59,260 nt of DNA from Candidatus Blautia merdipullorum (GCA_019118685.1 DWYL01000080.1:1-59260); one strand, 5' to 3'. Positions 10,645 through 20,818 are shown, counted from the first letter of the stretch. A program made the numbers and translations. The notes: generated by a model not told the origin, from the letters alone.

Positions 10645-12369
10645 ATGGATGCAAAGAAAAGATATGAGGAGTGGCTTGAAAATCCATACTTTGATGAAGC
10701 CACCAAATCCGAATTAAAAAATATAGCAGAGGATGAAAAAGAGATTGAGGAAAGATTTTACCGTGACCTGGAATTTGGAACAGGAGGTCTCCGGGGGATC
10801 ATCGGCGCAGGCACCAACCGGATGAATATTTATACCGTAAGGAAGGCGACCCAGGGGCTTTCCAACTTTATCCTGAAAGAAAAAGCAGAGAAAAAGGGAG
10901 TGGCTATTGCGTTTGACTCGAGAAATATGTCCCCTGAGTTTGCTGAAGAAGCGGCCCTCTGCCTGGCTGCAAACGGGATCAAAGCCTATATCTTCCCGTC
11001 TCTCCGTCCTACTCCCATGCTCTCCTTTGCACTCAGAGAGCTGGGATGTACAGCCGGAATCGTGGTGACTGCCAGCCACAATCCGCCGGAGTATAACGGA
11101 TACAAAGTATACTGGGAGGACGGCGCCCAGATCACATACCCGAAGGATGAGCAGATCATTGGAGAGGTCAATGGGGTGACAGACTATGCAAAGGTGAAGA
11201 CGATGAGCCGGGAAGAGGCTGAGAAAGCCGGACTGTATCAGGTGATCGGATCAGAGATCGACGATAAATATATCGAGGCGCTGAAATCTCTTGCCATCCA
11301 TCCGGAGATCATCCGCCAGGAGGCACAGAACTTAAAAATCGTCTACACACCCCTTCACGGAACAGGAAATATTCCGGTGAGGAGAATCCTGAAAGAGCTG
11401 GGATTTGAAAAAGTTTATGTTGTCAAAGAGCAGGAGCTCCCGGACGGGAATTTCCCCACAGTATCTTACCCGAACCCGGAGGACAAAAACGCGTTCAGGC
11501 TGGCGCTGGAACTTGCGAAAGAAGTGGATGCGGATATAGTTCTCGCCACAGATCCGGATGCGGACCGTCTCGGTGTATATGCAAAGGATACGAAGACAGG
11601 GGAATACATGAGCTTCACCGGAAATATGTCCGGCATGCTCATTCTGGAATATATTCTTTCCCAGAGAAAGGCTCTTGGAACCCTTCCGGAGAACGGAGCA
11701 GTGGTCACCACTATTGTATCCGGAAAGATGTCAAAGGAGATCACAAAAGAGTACGGCATGACGCTTATCGAGACTCTTACCGGATTCAAATACATCGGGG
11801 AGCAGATCAAATTCTTCGAGCAGTCCGGCAGCCATGAGTATGTGTTCGGCTATGAGGAAAGCTACGGCTGCCTCGTGGGAACCCATGCAAGAGACAAGGA
11901 TGCAGTGGTTGCAGTAATGGCCCTCTGCGAAGTGGCGGCATACTGCAGACATCAGGGCATCACTCTGTGCGGTCAGATGGAAATGCTCTTTAAGAAATAC
12001 GGATATTACAAGGAAGGACTCTGCACCGTGACCCTGAAAGGACAGGAGGGGGCGAAAAAGATCCAGTCCATGATGGAACAGATCCGCAGAAACGTACCGG
12101 ATACTGTGGGAGAACTGAAGGTTCTGCGCTTCCGGGATTACAGAGAAAATATTATAAGAGACTGTGGGACAGGGAAAGAGAAGGCCACAGGACTTCCGAA
12201 GTCAAACGTGCTCTACTTTGAGCTGGAGAATGACGCATGGTGCTGCATCCGTCCGTCAGGGACAGAGCCCAAGATCAAGTTTTACATCGGTGTAAAGGGT
12301 TCAGATGACGCGGACGCACAGGAGAAGCTGGATGCGCTGACAAAAGCTGTGGAAGGGCTGGCAGAGTGA
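10645..12369 (+). CDS. pgm: Phosphoglucomutase/phosphomannomutase
   Basis: FGTGGLRG, TASHNP phosphoserine loop, DPDADR, IRPSGTEPKIKFY. Confidence 0.95.
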   Translation: MDAKKRYEEWLENPYFDEATKSELKNIAEDEKEIEERFYRDLEFGTGGLRGIIGAGTNRMNIYTVRKATQGLSNFILKEKAEKKGVAIAFDSRNMSPEFAEEAALCLAANGIKAYIFPSLRPTPMLSFALRELGCTAGIVVTASHNPPEYNGYKVYWEDGAQITYPKDEQIIGEVNGVTDYAKVKTMSREEAEKAGLYQVIGSEIDDKYIEALKSLAIHPEIIRQEAQNLKIVYTPLHGTGNIPVRRILKELGFEKVYVVKEQELPDGNFPTVSYPNPEDKNAFRLALELAKEVDADIVLATDPDADRLGVYAKDTKTGEYMSFTGNMSGMLILEYILSQRKALGTLPENGAVVTTIVSGKMSKEITKEYGMTLIETLTGFKYIGEQIKFFEQSGSHEYVFGYEESYGCLVGTHARDKDAVVAVMALCEVAAYCRHQGITLCGQMEMLFKKYGYYKEGLCTVTLKGQEGAKKIQSMMEQIRRNVPDTVGELKVLRFRDYRENIIRDCGTGKEKATGLPKSNVLYFELENDAWCCIRPSGTEPKIKFYIGVKGSDDADAQEKLDALTKAVEGLAE

Positions 12370-12462
12370 TTTCTTGATCTGGCAGGAAAGCCAGAAGGTC
12401 AGGCGCCTGCGTGGACAGGATAGATTAGTCAGGAGATTTTTTGACATACAGGAGGAATTGCC

Positions 12463-13820
12463 ATGGGATTTTCTAAGGATTTTGTATGGGGAGCTGCCAC
12501 CAGTTCTTATCAGATTGAGGGTGGCGTCAGCGGCACCGGCAAGGGGATGCATATCTGGGATGTGTACACAAAGGAGCCGGGAAGAGTGTACGGAGGACAT
12601 ACAGGCGATACAGCCTGTGACCACTATCACCGCTTTCGCGAAGACGTGAAGATCATGAAAGAGATCGGGCTGAAAGCATACCGCTTTTCTATTGACTGGT
12701 CACGGGTGCTTCCCGAAGGTACCGGAAGAGTCAACGAAGAGGGGATACAGTTCTACAGTGATCTGATCGACGCACTTCTGGAGAACGGGATTGAACCTTA
12801 CATCACGCTGTATCACTGGGAGCTTCCCTATGAGCTGTACAAGAAAGGCGGCTGGATGAACAGGGATATCGCAGAGTGGTTCGGGGAATATGCCCGTCTT
12901 ATCGGGGAGAGGTTCAGCGACAGGGTAACTCATTTCTTTACGCTGAATGAACCTCAGTGTTTTGTGGGACTTGGATTTCTGACAGGGGTTCACGCGCCGG
13001 GGCTCAAATGCCCCTTGAGGGATACTTTTGAAATGGCCCACAATGCCCTTCGCGCTCACGGCAGGGCAGTACAGATGTTAAGACAGTATGTAAAGCAGCC
13101 GCTGACCATCGGCTATGCGCCTACAAGCGGCATCATCTATCCGGCGTCTGACCGGCCGGAGGATGTAGAGGCGGCGCGGCAGAAATATTTTTCTATGCAG
13201 GATGATGATTCCAACTGGACATGGAATGTGGCATGGTGGTCAGATCCGGTCCTGCTGGGACACTACCCTGAAGAGGGACTTGTAAGATATGAAAAATACC
13301 TTCCCAGGATCACCGAGGAGGACATGAGGCTTATCTCTGAACCTATCGATGTATACGGGCAGAATATCTACAACGGCAGGGCGTTCCGTATGGGAGCGGA
13401 CGGAAGACCGGAGGAAACAGACCGCGCGCCGGGATATGCAAAACTGCAGTGAACTGGCCGGTGACGCCGGAGTGCCTGTACTGGGGACCGAAGTTCCTTT
13501 ATGAGCGGTATCACAAGCCGATCTATATTACGGAGAACGGTATGGCATGCCATGATACTGTCTCACTGGACGGCAAGGTTCATGACCCTAACCGGATCGA
13601 TTTCCTGGCAAGATATCTCCATGAGCTGAAGCGGGCGGCAGATGAGATCGACCTGCGGGGATATTTCCAGTGGTCTCTGATGGATAACTTTGAATGGGAG
13701 AAAGGATATGCAGAGCGGTTCGGCATTGTCTATGTGGATTTTGAGACCCAGGAGCGCATCCTGAAAGATTCGGCGTACTGGTACAGGGATGTGATCCGGT
13801 CCAACGGTTCTGGAATTTAG
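12463..13820 (+). pseudogene. GH1 beta-glucosidase/mannosidase split by a 1-nt frameshift near 13440 (or a sequencing error)
   Basis: ORF 12463-13452 has FVWGAATSSYQIEG and TLNEP; ORF 13449-13820 has ITENG and DNFEW. Adding one A to the A4 run at 13440-13443 joins them ([11 protein letters not shown]). Confidence 0.85.
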
Positions 13821-13862
13821 ACGTAAAAGAAAAGCATAAAAATGAAAAACAGGAGGGAGATT

Positions 13863-15740
13863 ATGAGTGTTTATAAACTGAAACCAAGCTGTAAGGACTA
13901 TCTCTGGGGAGGCCGCCGGCTGGCGGACGAGTACGGGAAAGAATATGACGGCGACGTGCTTGCAGAGACATGGGAACTGTCCTGCCATCCGGACGGACCG
14001 TCCACTATTGTAAACGGCAGATATGCGGGGAAGACTCTGGAGCAATATATAGAGGAGGCGGGAAAAGAAGTTCTTGGAACCAACTGCAGAAGGTTCCGTG
14101 ATTTCCCGATCCTGATCAAATTCATCGACGCAAAGCAGAATCTGTCCATCCAGGTCCATCCGGATAACCGATATGCCCTTAAAAATGAAGGCCAGTATGG
14201 AAAAACCGAGATGTGGTATGTGATGGATGCGGAGAAAGACGCATTTCTTTACTATGGTTTTAAGACAGAGATCAGCAAGGAAGAATTTGCCAGAAGAATC
14301 CAGGAGGATACACTTCTGGAGGTGCTTAATGCGGTGCCGGTGCAGAAAGGGGACGTTCTCTTCATTGAGTCCGGCACGATCCATGCCATCGGAGCAGGTA
14401 TCCTGATCGCGGAGATCCAGCAGAATTCCAATGTGACTTACCGGGTCTATGATTACGGAAGAGTGGGAAAGGACGGGAAAAAGCGCGACCTCCATATCGA
14501 GAAAGCCCTTGCCGTTACCAACCGTGTTCCCCTGATCAAGAGCAAGAGCAGCTATCCCCATGTGGCGGACTGCGATTATTTTACTGTGGATAAACTGAAT
14601 CTGGATGGACGGATGATGCGCAGGATGGAAGGAAATGTTTCAGACGAGTCCTTTGTCAGTATCCTGATCCTTGACGGAGAGGGAACCGTTTCCTGCGGCG
14701 GGCAGGATGAAGCTTCAGATGACGACACACAGGTATCCTATAAGAAAGGCGACAGCCTGTTCCTTCCTGCAGGGAGCGGCGCCTATGTGATCGAAGGAAG
14801 CTGCGATGCCCTGATCACCACGATCCGTGAGAAAGCGGCGCCTGTCAGAATTGGTATTGATATCGGAGGAACGGACACGAAGATCGGCCTTGTAGACGTG
14901 CACCAGAAGCTGATCGACTCTGTGTGTATCCCAACGGCAGCAGAGCGTCCGGCCCAGGAAGTGATCCGGACCATCGGAGAGACAGCGCTTGCTCTTCTGG
15001 AAAAGAATGGAATCGCCATGGATCAGTGTGTGGGGGCGGGGATCGGCGTCCCGGGTACCGTGGACCGTAAAAACGGCGTTGTCCGCTATTCCAACAATAT
15101 CCGGTGGGAGGAAGTGCCTCTGGCACAGGAAATCGGGAAATATCTTCCCATCCCGGTGGAGATCGCAAATGACGCGGACTGTGCGGCTCTTGGCGAAGCA
15201 GTGGCGGGAGCGGGAAAGGACTGCAGCGATGTGGTTATGCTGACTCTGGGAACCGGTGTCGGCGGCGGGATCATTCTGGACGGCGAAATCTATGAGGGAA
15301 GAGGAATCGGCGGAAGCGAGCTGGGACATATGGTTATCGTGGAGAACGGGGAACCCTGCACCTGCGGAAGGCGGGGATGCCTGGAGGCCTATGCTTCTGC
15401 GACTGCCTTAAAGAGAGATGCACGCCGTGCTGCCGGAAAGGAATTGGAGCCGGGAGAAATCTTTGCTCTGGCAGCAGAAGGAGATCCGGTCATGAAGGAA
15501 GTGGTGGATGTGTATATCCGCAGGCTTGGGCTTGGCATCGTGAATATCGTGAATATCTTCCGGCCCCAGCTTGTGCTGCTGGGAGGCGGCATTTCCAGAC
15601 AAGGCGAGATCCTTCTTGCCCCCCTTCGCGAGATCGTGAAAAAAGAGTGCTTTGGCGGAGAAAAAGGAGATATGCCGGAGATCGAGGAGGCAGTGCTGGG
15701 CAATGACGCGGGAATGATCGGCGCGGCAGGACTTTTATAA
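13863..15740 (+). CDS. Fusion of type I mannose-6-phosphate isomerase and ROK family sugar kinase
   Basis: N-half LSIQVHP, KTEMWY, EIQQNS; C-half IGIDIGGT, IANDADCAALGE, GELGH, CTCGRRGCLE; start after AGGAGG. Confidence 0.9.
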   Translation: MSVYKLKPSCKDYLWGGRRLADEYGKEYDGDVLAETWELSCHPDGPSTIVNGRYAGKTLEQYIEEAGKEVLGTNCRRFRDFPILIKFIDAKQNLSIQVHPDNRYALKNEGQYGKTEMWYVMDAEKDAFLYYGFKTEISKEEFARRIQEDTLLEVLNAVPVQKGDVLFIESGTIHAIGAGILIAEIQQNSNVTYRVYDYGRVGKDGKKRDLHIEKALAVTNRVPLIKSKSSYPHVADCDYFTVDKLNLDGRMMRRMEGNVSDESFVSILILDGEGTVSCGGQDEASDDDTQVSYKKGDSLFLPAGSGAYVIEGSCDALITTIREKAAPVRIGIDIGGTDTKIGLVDVHQKLIDSVCIPTAAERPAQEVIRTIGETALALLEKNGIAMDQCVGAGIGVPGTVDRKNGVVRYSNNIRWEEVPLAQEIGKYLPIPVEIANDADCAALGEAVAGAGKDCSDVVMLTLGTGVGGGIILDGEIYEGRGIGGSELGHMVIVENGEPCTCGRRGCLEAYASATALKRDARRAAGKELEPGEIFALAAEGDPVMKEVVDVYIRRLGLGIVNIVNIFRPQLVLLGGGISRQGEILLAPLREIVKKECFGGEKGDMPEIEEAVLGNDAGMIGAAGLL

Positions 15741-15823
15741 AAGATACGGATAATGTTTGAAATCGGGGGCAGCCCCTTTGCTTAGAGGGACCGGCCCCTT
15801 ATTGTATTTTAGGAGGGCTTGAA

Positions 15824-16357
15824 ATGGAGAAAAAAATACCCTTTGAGACACTGGAGTCAAAGAAGATGAAGGCAGGCCGCTTCACGATCGTTCAGGACCG
15901 TGTGCGTGTGAACGGCCATGAACAGCCCTATGATTATCTGGAGATCAGGGAGGGGGTAAGCATCCTTCCTATCCGGGATGGAAATATACTTTTACAGAGA
16001 CAGTACCGCTATCCTGTATGCTCCTGGCAGTGGGAGCTTCCAGGGGGCTTTGTGGATCCGGGAGAGACCCCGGATGAGGCGGCCAGAAGAGAACTTAAGG
16101 AAGAGACAGGGTACAGCGTTAAGAAGCTGCATTCCCTCGGGGCATTCTACCCATCTTTCGGATCTACCAATGAGAAGATCTGGCTTTTTGCGGCAGAGTG
16201 CGGTGAAGCAGGAGATTCCCACAGAGAACCGGGAGAGATCATTCAGATAGAGGAGATGACGGAAGAGCAGTTCAGAAAACTTGTGGCTGAGGGACAGTTC
16301 ATGCACGGCGCCGGACTTGCGGCGTGGGCAAGATATCTCTCATGGAGACATATTTGA
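15824..16357 (+). CDS. NUDIX hydrolase (ADP-ribose/NDP-sugar pyrophosphatase-like)
   Basis: Nudix box [23 protein letters not shown] preceded by RQYRYP. Confidence 0.9.
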   Translation: MEKKIPFETLESKKMKAGRFTIVQDRVRVNGHEQPYDYLEIREGVSILPIRDGNILLQRQYRYPVCSWQWELPGGFVDPGETPDEAARRELKEETGYSVKKLHSLGAFYPSFGSTNEKIWLFAAECGEAGDSHREPGEIIQIEEMTEEQFRKLVAEGQFMHGAGLAAWARYLSWRHI

Positions 16358-16452
16358 TATTAAAAGGAAGGTATTCCCGGCTATATGAGTGTACTTTATG
16401 ATAAATATTACCGCTTAAAATGAGATTTTGTTAAATATAACCGTTTTCTGTA

Positions 16453-16478
16453 GAGGCTGTCGCACTTGCGATAGCCTC
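16453..16478. terminator. Hairpin between the convergent NUDIX and thiW genes
   Basis: GAGGCTGTCGCA-CT-TGCGATAGCCTC. Confidence 0.65.
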
Positions 16479-16480
16479 CT

Positions 16481-16981
16481 TTACTTTTCCAGATAAACGT
16501 CCAGCACTTTGGTCCGTTTCAAGGCGGTAACCAGCACTGCGGCGATAATGGTCCCTCCGAAGCTGGATATAAAGAAAGGAAGGACAAAGGCAAATACTGC
16601 GCAGGAATTTCCCATGAGCAGCACTGCCACAGGATAGCTTAAGATCCCGCCGATCACGGAGGTGCCGAATAATTCTCCAAGATAAGCCAGGGGAAGTCTG
16701 CGGGTATACTGATAAAGCAGTCCGCAGATCAGCGCGCCGCACATAGACCCCGGAAAAGCAAGGAGTGTGCCTGTGCCCATGAGATTCCGGAGAAGACTGG
16801 TGATAAAAGCCATTCCCAGAGAATACCAGGGGCCTAAGAAGACGCCGCCCAGTATATTAATGAAATGCTGGACGGGCGCACATCTTGAAGCTCCTACAGG
16901 AATAGACAGGGGGGAGCATACGATCCCGACTGCTACAAGGATACCTGCCAGAGCAAGCTTGCGTACATTTACATTTTTCAT
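16481..16981 (-). CDS. thiW: ECF S-component, thiazole transporter ThiW
   Basis: PVQHFINILGGVFLGPWY, GTGTLLAFPGSMCGA, GELFGT; start inferred at MKNVN after GAAAGGT. Confidence 0.88.
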   Translation of the reverse strand: MKNVNVRKLALAGILVAVGIVCSPLSIPVGASRCAPVQHFINILGGVFLGPWYSLGMAFITSLLRNLMGTGTLLAFPGSMCGALICGLLYQYTRRLPLAYLGELFGTSVIGGILSYPVAVLLMGNSCAVFAFVLPFFISSFGGTIIAAVLVTALKRTKVLDVYLEK

Positions 16982-17161
16982 ATTCATCAGACCTTTCAGA
17001 GTTGTTAAAAATTTTCCAGGCCTAATTGTAACACAGAACAGTGAAAATTTGAAAAAAATATGTGGGATTTCATTCAAATATAGTAAAATATATACATGGA
17101 AAACTGTGGAAGCGCACAGAAGGGAGCAATCGGTTATCACAGGAATTTGAGAGGGAAAGAT

Positions 17162-18514
17162 ATGGAAAGCAGTAAAAATGATTTTACCCGGGGAAATATT
17201 TTAAAGAAAATGTTGAAATTTATGGTTCCTGTACTGGGGGCCTTGATCCTTCAGGCCATGTACGGAGCGGTGGATATCCTGGTGGTAGGCTGGTTCGGTA
17301 CCACAGCAGGAATCTCAGGAGTGTCCACAGGAAGCAACATTGTGAACCTGGTGGTGTTTACAGTGACAGGATTGTCCATGGGGATCACGGTCCTTATAGG
17401 GAGATATATAGGAGAAAAGGAGGATCAGAAGGCGGGGAAAGTAATTGGAGGAGCAGTCTGGTTTTTTGCGGTGCTGTCTGTGATTCTGGCGGCGGTTCTG
17501 CTGATCTTTGCCAGACCTCTGGCAATCCTTATGCAGGCTCCGGAGGAAGCTTTGGATCTGACCGTGACTTATGTGAGAATTTGCGGAGGGGGAATTTTCT
17601 TTATTGTCGCCTATAACGTGATCAGCAGCATTTTCCGGGGCATGGGAAATTCCCGGCTTCCTCTGATTTTTGTGGCTATTGCCTGCGGCGTAAATATTGT
17701 GGGAGATCTTTTCTTTGTGGCGGTCCTGGATATGAACGTAGCAGGAGCCGCTCTGGCTACAGTCCTGGCCCAGGCAGTGAGCGTGGTTCTGTCTCTGGCG
17801 ATCATCCGGAGACAGAAACTGCCCTTTACCATGACCCTAAAGGATATCGGGATCAATCCGGAAATCTGGAAATTTGTCAAGGTGGGGGCTCCCATTGCTT
17901 TTCAGGAGATCCTGACACAGCTTTCTTTCCTGGCCCTCTGCGCATTTATCAACCGTCTTGGACTGGAAGCATCTTCCGGATATGGAGTGGCTAATAAGAT
18001 TGTCAGCTTTATTATGCTGCTGCCCAGCGCTTTGATGCAGACTATGTCTGCCTTTGTCGCCCAGAATGTAGGGGCGGGAAAAGAGGAGCGGGCCAGGAAA
18101 GCTCTGTTTACCGGCATAGGGATCGGCTGCGTGATCGGTATCTTTATCGGCGTCTTTGCATTTCTCAGAGGAGATCTGATGGCTTATATCTTTACCGGAG
18201 ATCCTGTAGTGATCCAGCGGGCGGCTCAGTATCTGAAGGGCTTTGCTCCGGAGGCCGTAGTGACCGCTGTTTCTTTCAGCTTTATAGGATATTTCAATGG
18301 TCATAGCCAGACAATGTTTGTTATGCTCCAGGGACTGTGCCAGACCTTTCTGGTAAGACTTCCGGTATCCTATTTTATGAGTATTCAGGAAAATGCCAGT
18401 CTGACATGGATCGGGACAGCGGCACCTTTGGCAACAGTTTTTGGAATCGTGCTGAATACAGTCTATTTTATCTGGTATTACAGATGTGTTATTTGCAGAG
18501 CTGGCAGGAAGTAA
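17162..18514 (+). CDS. MATE family efflux transporter
   Basis: DFTRGNI, QAMYGAVD, FRGMGNSRLPL and GAALATV motifs; about 12 TM helices. Confidence 0.92.
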   Translation: MESSKNDFTRGNILKKMLKFMVPVLGALILQAMYGAVDILVVGWFGTTAGISGVSTGSNIVNLVVFTVTGLSMGITVLIGRYIGEKEDQKAGKVIGGAVWFFAVLSVILAAVLLIFARPLAILMQAPEEALDLTVTYVRICGGGIFFIVAYNVISSIFRGMGNSRLPLIFVAIACGVNIVGDLFFVAVLDMNVAGAALATVLAQAVSVVLSLAIIRRQKLPFTMTLKDIGINPEIWKFVKVGAPIAFQEILTQLSFLALCAFINRLGLEASSGYGVANKIVSFIMLLPSALMQTMSAFVAQNVGAGKEERARKALFTGIGIGCVIGIFIGVFAFLRGDLMAYIFTGDPVVIQRAAQYLKGFAPEAVVTAVSFSFIGYFNGHSQTMFVMLQGLCQTFLVRLPVSYFMSIQENASLTWIGTAAPLATVFGIVLNTVYFIWYYRCVICRAGRK

Positions 18515-18533
18515 GATTTTCTCCTGAACTGAA

Positions 18534-18555
18534 CAGGGGACAGTTATGTCCCCTG
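18534..18555 (+). terminator. Perfect hairpin after the MATE gene
   Basis: CAGGGGACA-GTTA-TGTCCCCTG; no strong U tail. Confidence 0.5.
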
Positions 18556-18625
18556 GAAATTTCCTACATATTATGAGATTGAGGGCAAAACGATCTGCCC
18601 TTGATCATAATATGGAGGTAAATCT

Positions 18626-20008
18626 ATGGGTATCACAAACTCAAATAAAGAAATAGATGTTTCAAAGATAGACTGCCACGGGACTGTAAAGGTAACTCTG
18701 GGACTTTCAGCAGCCCCGGATATTTCTTCCAATCCTACGGATATTGTCCTGGTGCTGGATCGTTCCGGAAGTATGGCAGGAAGCCCTCTTGCCAATATGA
18801 AAGCAGGAGCAAAGACTTTTATCGACATCATTGATGAGTCCACAGACGGCGCTCAGGATGGGAATATCGGCTCGGGAAGCCATATGGGGATCGTAAGTTT
18901 TGCCAGTATCGCCACAGCAGATACAGGACTCATCACTTCAACAGATACTTTAAAAAACGTGGTAGACGGCCTGGCGGCCGGGGGAGCGACTAATCATGCA
19001 GATGCTTTTTCCAAGGCGATCCAGCTTTTTGATCCTGCCTCTTCCAATGCCAGAGTCATTGTTATGTTTACAGACGGCAAAACTACAGCCGGCGCCCCGC
19101 CTGCCCCTGTGGCGGCAGAGGCCAGGGCAGCAGGGATCATTATCTATTGCATCGGGCTTTTGGGTGACGATGGAATAGACGTGGAGGTGCTTAACGACTG
19201 GGCCACGGATCCGGATGCCTCTCATGTGGCTGTGACTCCGGACGAGGAAGAATTGGAGGATCTGTTTGCAGACTTAGCTGCGGATATCTCCAAGCCCGGG
19301 GCCCTTGACATTGTCATTGATGAAATGGTAAATCCGGATTTTACCATTGTAAGCATAGACCCTCCCAGCAAAGGCACGGCTGAGATGATAAACGCAACAA
19401 CTCTTCAGTGGAAGATTTCTGAGCTGGGAGTTTCCGGAAATGAAGGGGCCTCTCTGGAATTTTATATTAAGCATATCGGCCAGACCTCCGGGTCAAAACC
19501 TGTGAATGCTTCTATTACCTATTCAGATAAGAACGGAAATAAGGTGACTTTCCCGGAACCCTATGTGACCGTAGACTGTGAGAAACCGGTGGAGCCGGAG
19601 AAATGCCCCAAGCCTGTAGAGTTCAAAATAGAAGGATGCAAGGACTTTGCTGAGATAGATCTGGGGGACGTATATCTGGAGTCGCTGGGAAGGATCCTGG
19701 AGCTGAATCTTACCATCAAGAACGTGTGTCCGGACAAAAGAGTGGCTTTAGGGATCATCCTTACAGAGGTTGACTGTTATGGAAAGGAACATCAGAGGGG
19801 ATTAAAGACCATGACAATTCCTGCCCATCATTCTTCAGGCTGCCGTGACATCCAGGTAAAATGCATCAAATTCGTACTTCCCGAAGACTTAAATGTATGC
19901 CGAGGAAATTCCGGGTCAATGTGCGGAGAAAGAAAATTTAAGGCTCAGGTGATCGCCAATACTATTGATACGGACTTCAAATGCTGTGAGTCTGCAGGAA
20001 ATATTTAG
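18626..20008 (+). CDS. vWA (MIDAS) domain protein with Cys-rich C-terminal domain
   Basis: DIVLVLDRSGSM MIDAS motif, GATNH, FTDG; no signal peptide; RBS GGAGG. Confidence 0.85.
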   Translation: MGITNSNKEIDVSKIDCHGTVKVTLGLSAAPDISSNPTDIVLVLDRSGSMAGSPLANMKAGAKTFIDIIDESTDGAQDGNIGSGSHMGIVSFASIATADTGLITSTDTLKNVVDGLAAGGATNHADAFSKAIQLFDPASSNARVIVMFTDGKTTAGAPPAPVAAEARAAGIIIYCIGLLGDDGIDVEVLNDWATDPDASHVAVTPDEEELEDLFADLAADISKPGALDIVIDEMVNPDFTIVSIDPPSKGTAEMINATTLQWKISELGVSGNEGASLEFYIKHIGQTSGSKPVNASITYSDKNGNKVTFPEPYVTVDCEKPVEPEKCPKPVEFKIEGCKDFAEIDLGDVYLESLGRILELNLTIKNVCPDKRVALGIILTEVDCYGKEHQRGLKTMTIPAHHSSGCRDIQVKCIKFVLPEDLNVCRGNSGSMCGERKFKAQVIANTIDTDFKCCESAGNI

Positions 20009-20063
20009 GCGCAGATAAAAGGCGTATCCCAGGCTGAATGGCCTGGGGTGTCTCTATAAAGTT

Positions 20064-20100
20064 AACAATTCAGAAACAAAAGTCAAACATTCCGGAAACA
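20064..20100 (+). promoter_or_regulatory. Four phased AACA direct repeats with 11-bp period; candidate OmpR-family operator
   Basis: AACA at 20064, 20075, 20086 and 20097, followed by TATCTT at 20110 upstream of the response regulator. Confidence 0.6.
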
Positions 20101-20146
20101 GAAATAGGGTATCTTATCAATCAGAGAAAGAAAAGGAGGAAAGGAA

Positions 20147-20818
20147 ATGATACACATCCTTGTGGTAGAAGATGATGAAAAACTGAATCGGATCGTCTGT
20201 ACATATCTTAATGACAGCGGTTTTCAGGCAAAGGGCTGCCTGGGCGCCCGGGAAGCCTATGATGAAATGTATAATCAGCTTTATGACCTGATCATTTCAG
20301 ATATTATGATGCCGGGAATCGACGGATTTGAATTTGCCCGGACAGTGAGGAAGGTGAACCAGAGGATCCCCATACTTTTCATGTCTGCCAGGGACGACCT
20401 TCCCTCCAAGCAAAAAGGCTTCCAGCTGGGAATCGATGATTATATGGTAAAACCGGTAGATCTGGACGAGCTTGTCCTCCGGGTGCGGGCACTTCTGCGC
20501 CGGGCCAATATTGAGATGGAACGGAAGATCACAGTGGGCAATCTGGTGCTGGACGCAGATGGGATGAGCGCAGAAGTAGACGGAGAGGAAATCAATCTGA
20601 CTACCAGAGAATTCAATATAATTTTCAAGCTGCTTTCCTATCCGAAGAAGACTTTTTCCAGAGCCCAGCTCATAGACGAATTCTGGGATCTGGACAGTGA
20701 TACCAGCCTGAGAGCTGTAGACGTATATATGACAAAGCTGAGAAATAAACTCTCCGACTGCGACGGGTTCAAGATCGTGACAGTCCGGGGATTGGGATAC
20801 AAGGCGGTGCTTCAATGA
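20147..20818 (+). CDS. OmpR-family response regulator (HssR-like)
   Basis: ILVVEDD, SDIMMP phosphoacceptor Asp, KP, and winged helix VTVRGLGYK. Confidence 0.95.
   Translation: MIHILVVEDDEKLNRIVCTYLNDSGFQAKGCLGAREAYDEMYNQLYDLIISDIMMPGIDGFEFARTVRKVNQRIPILFMSARDDLPSKQKGFQLGIDDYMVKPVDLDELVLRVRALLRRANIEMERKITVGNLVLDADGMSAEVDGEEINLTTREFNIIFKLLSYPKKTFSRAQLIDEFWDLDSDTSLRAVDVYMTKLRNKLSDCDGFKIVTVRGLGYKAVLQ

Noticed and set aside
18575-18605. c-di-GMP-I riboswitch suggested by GGGCAAAA
   Set aside because: No GNRA-capped P2, GACGCAAAG junction or receptor helix follows.
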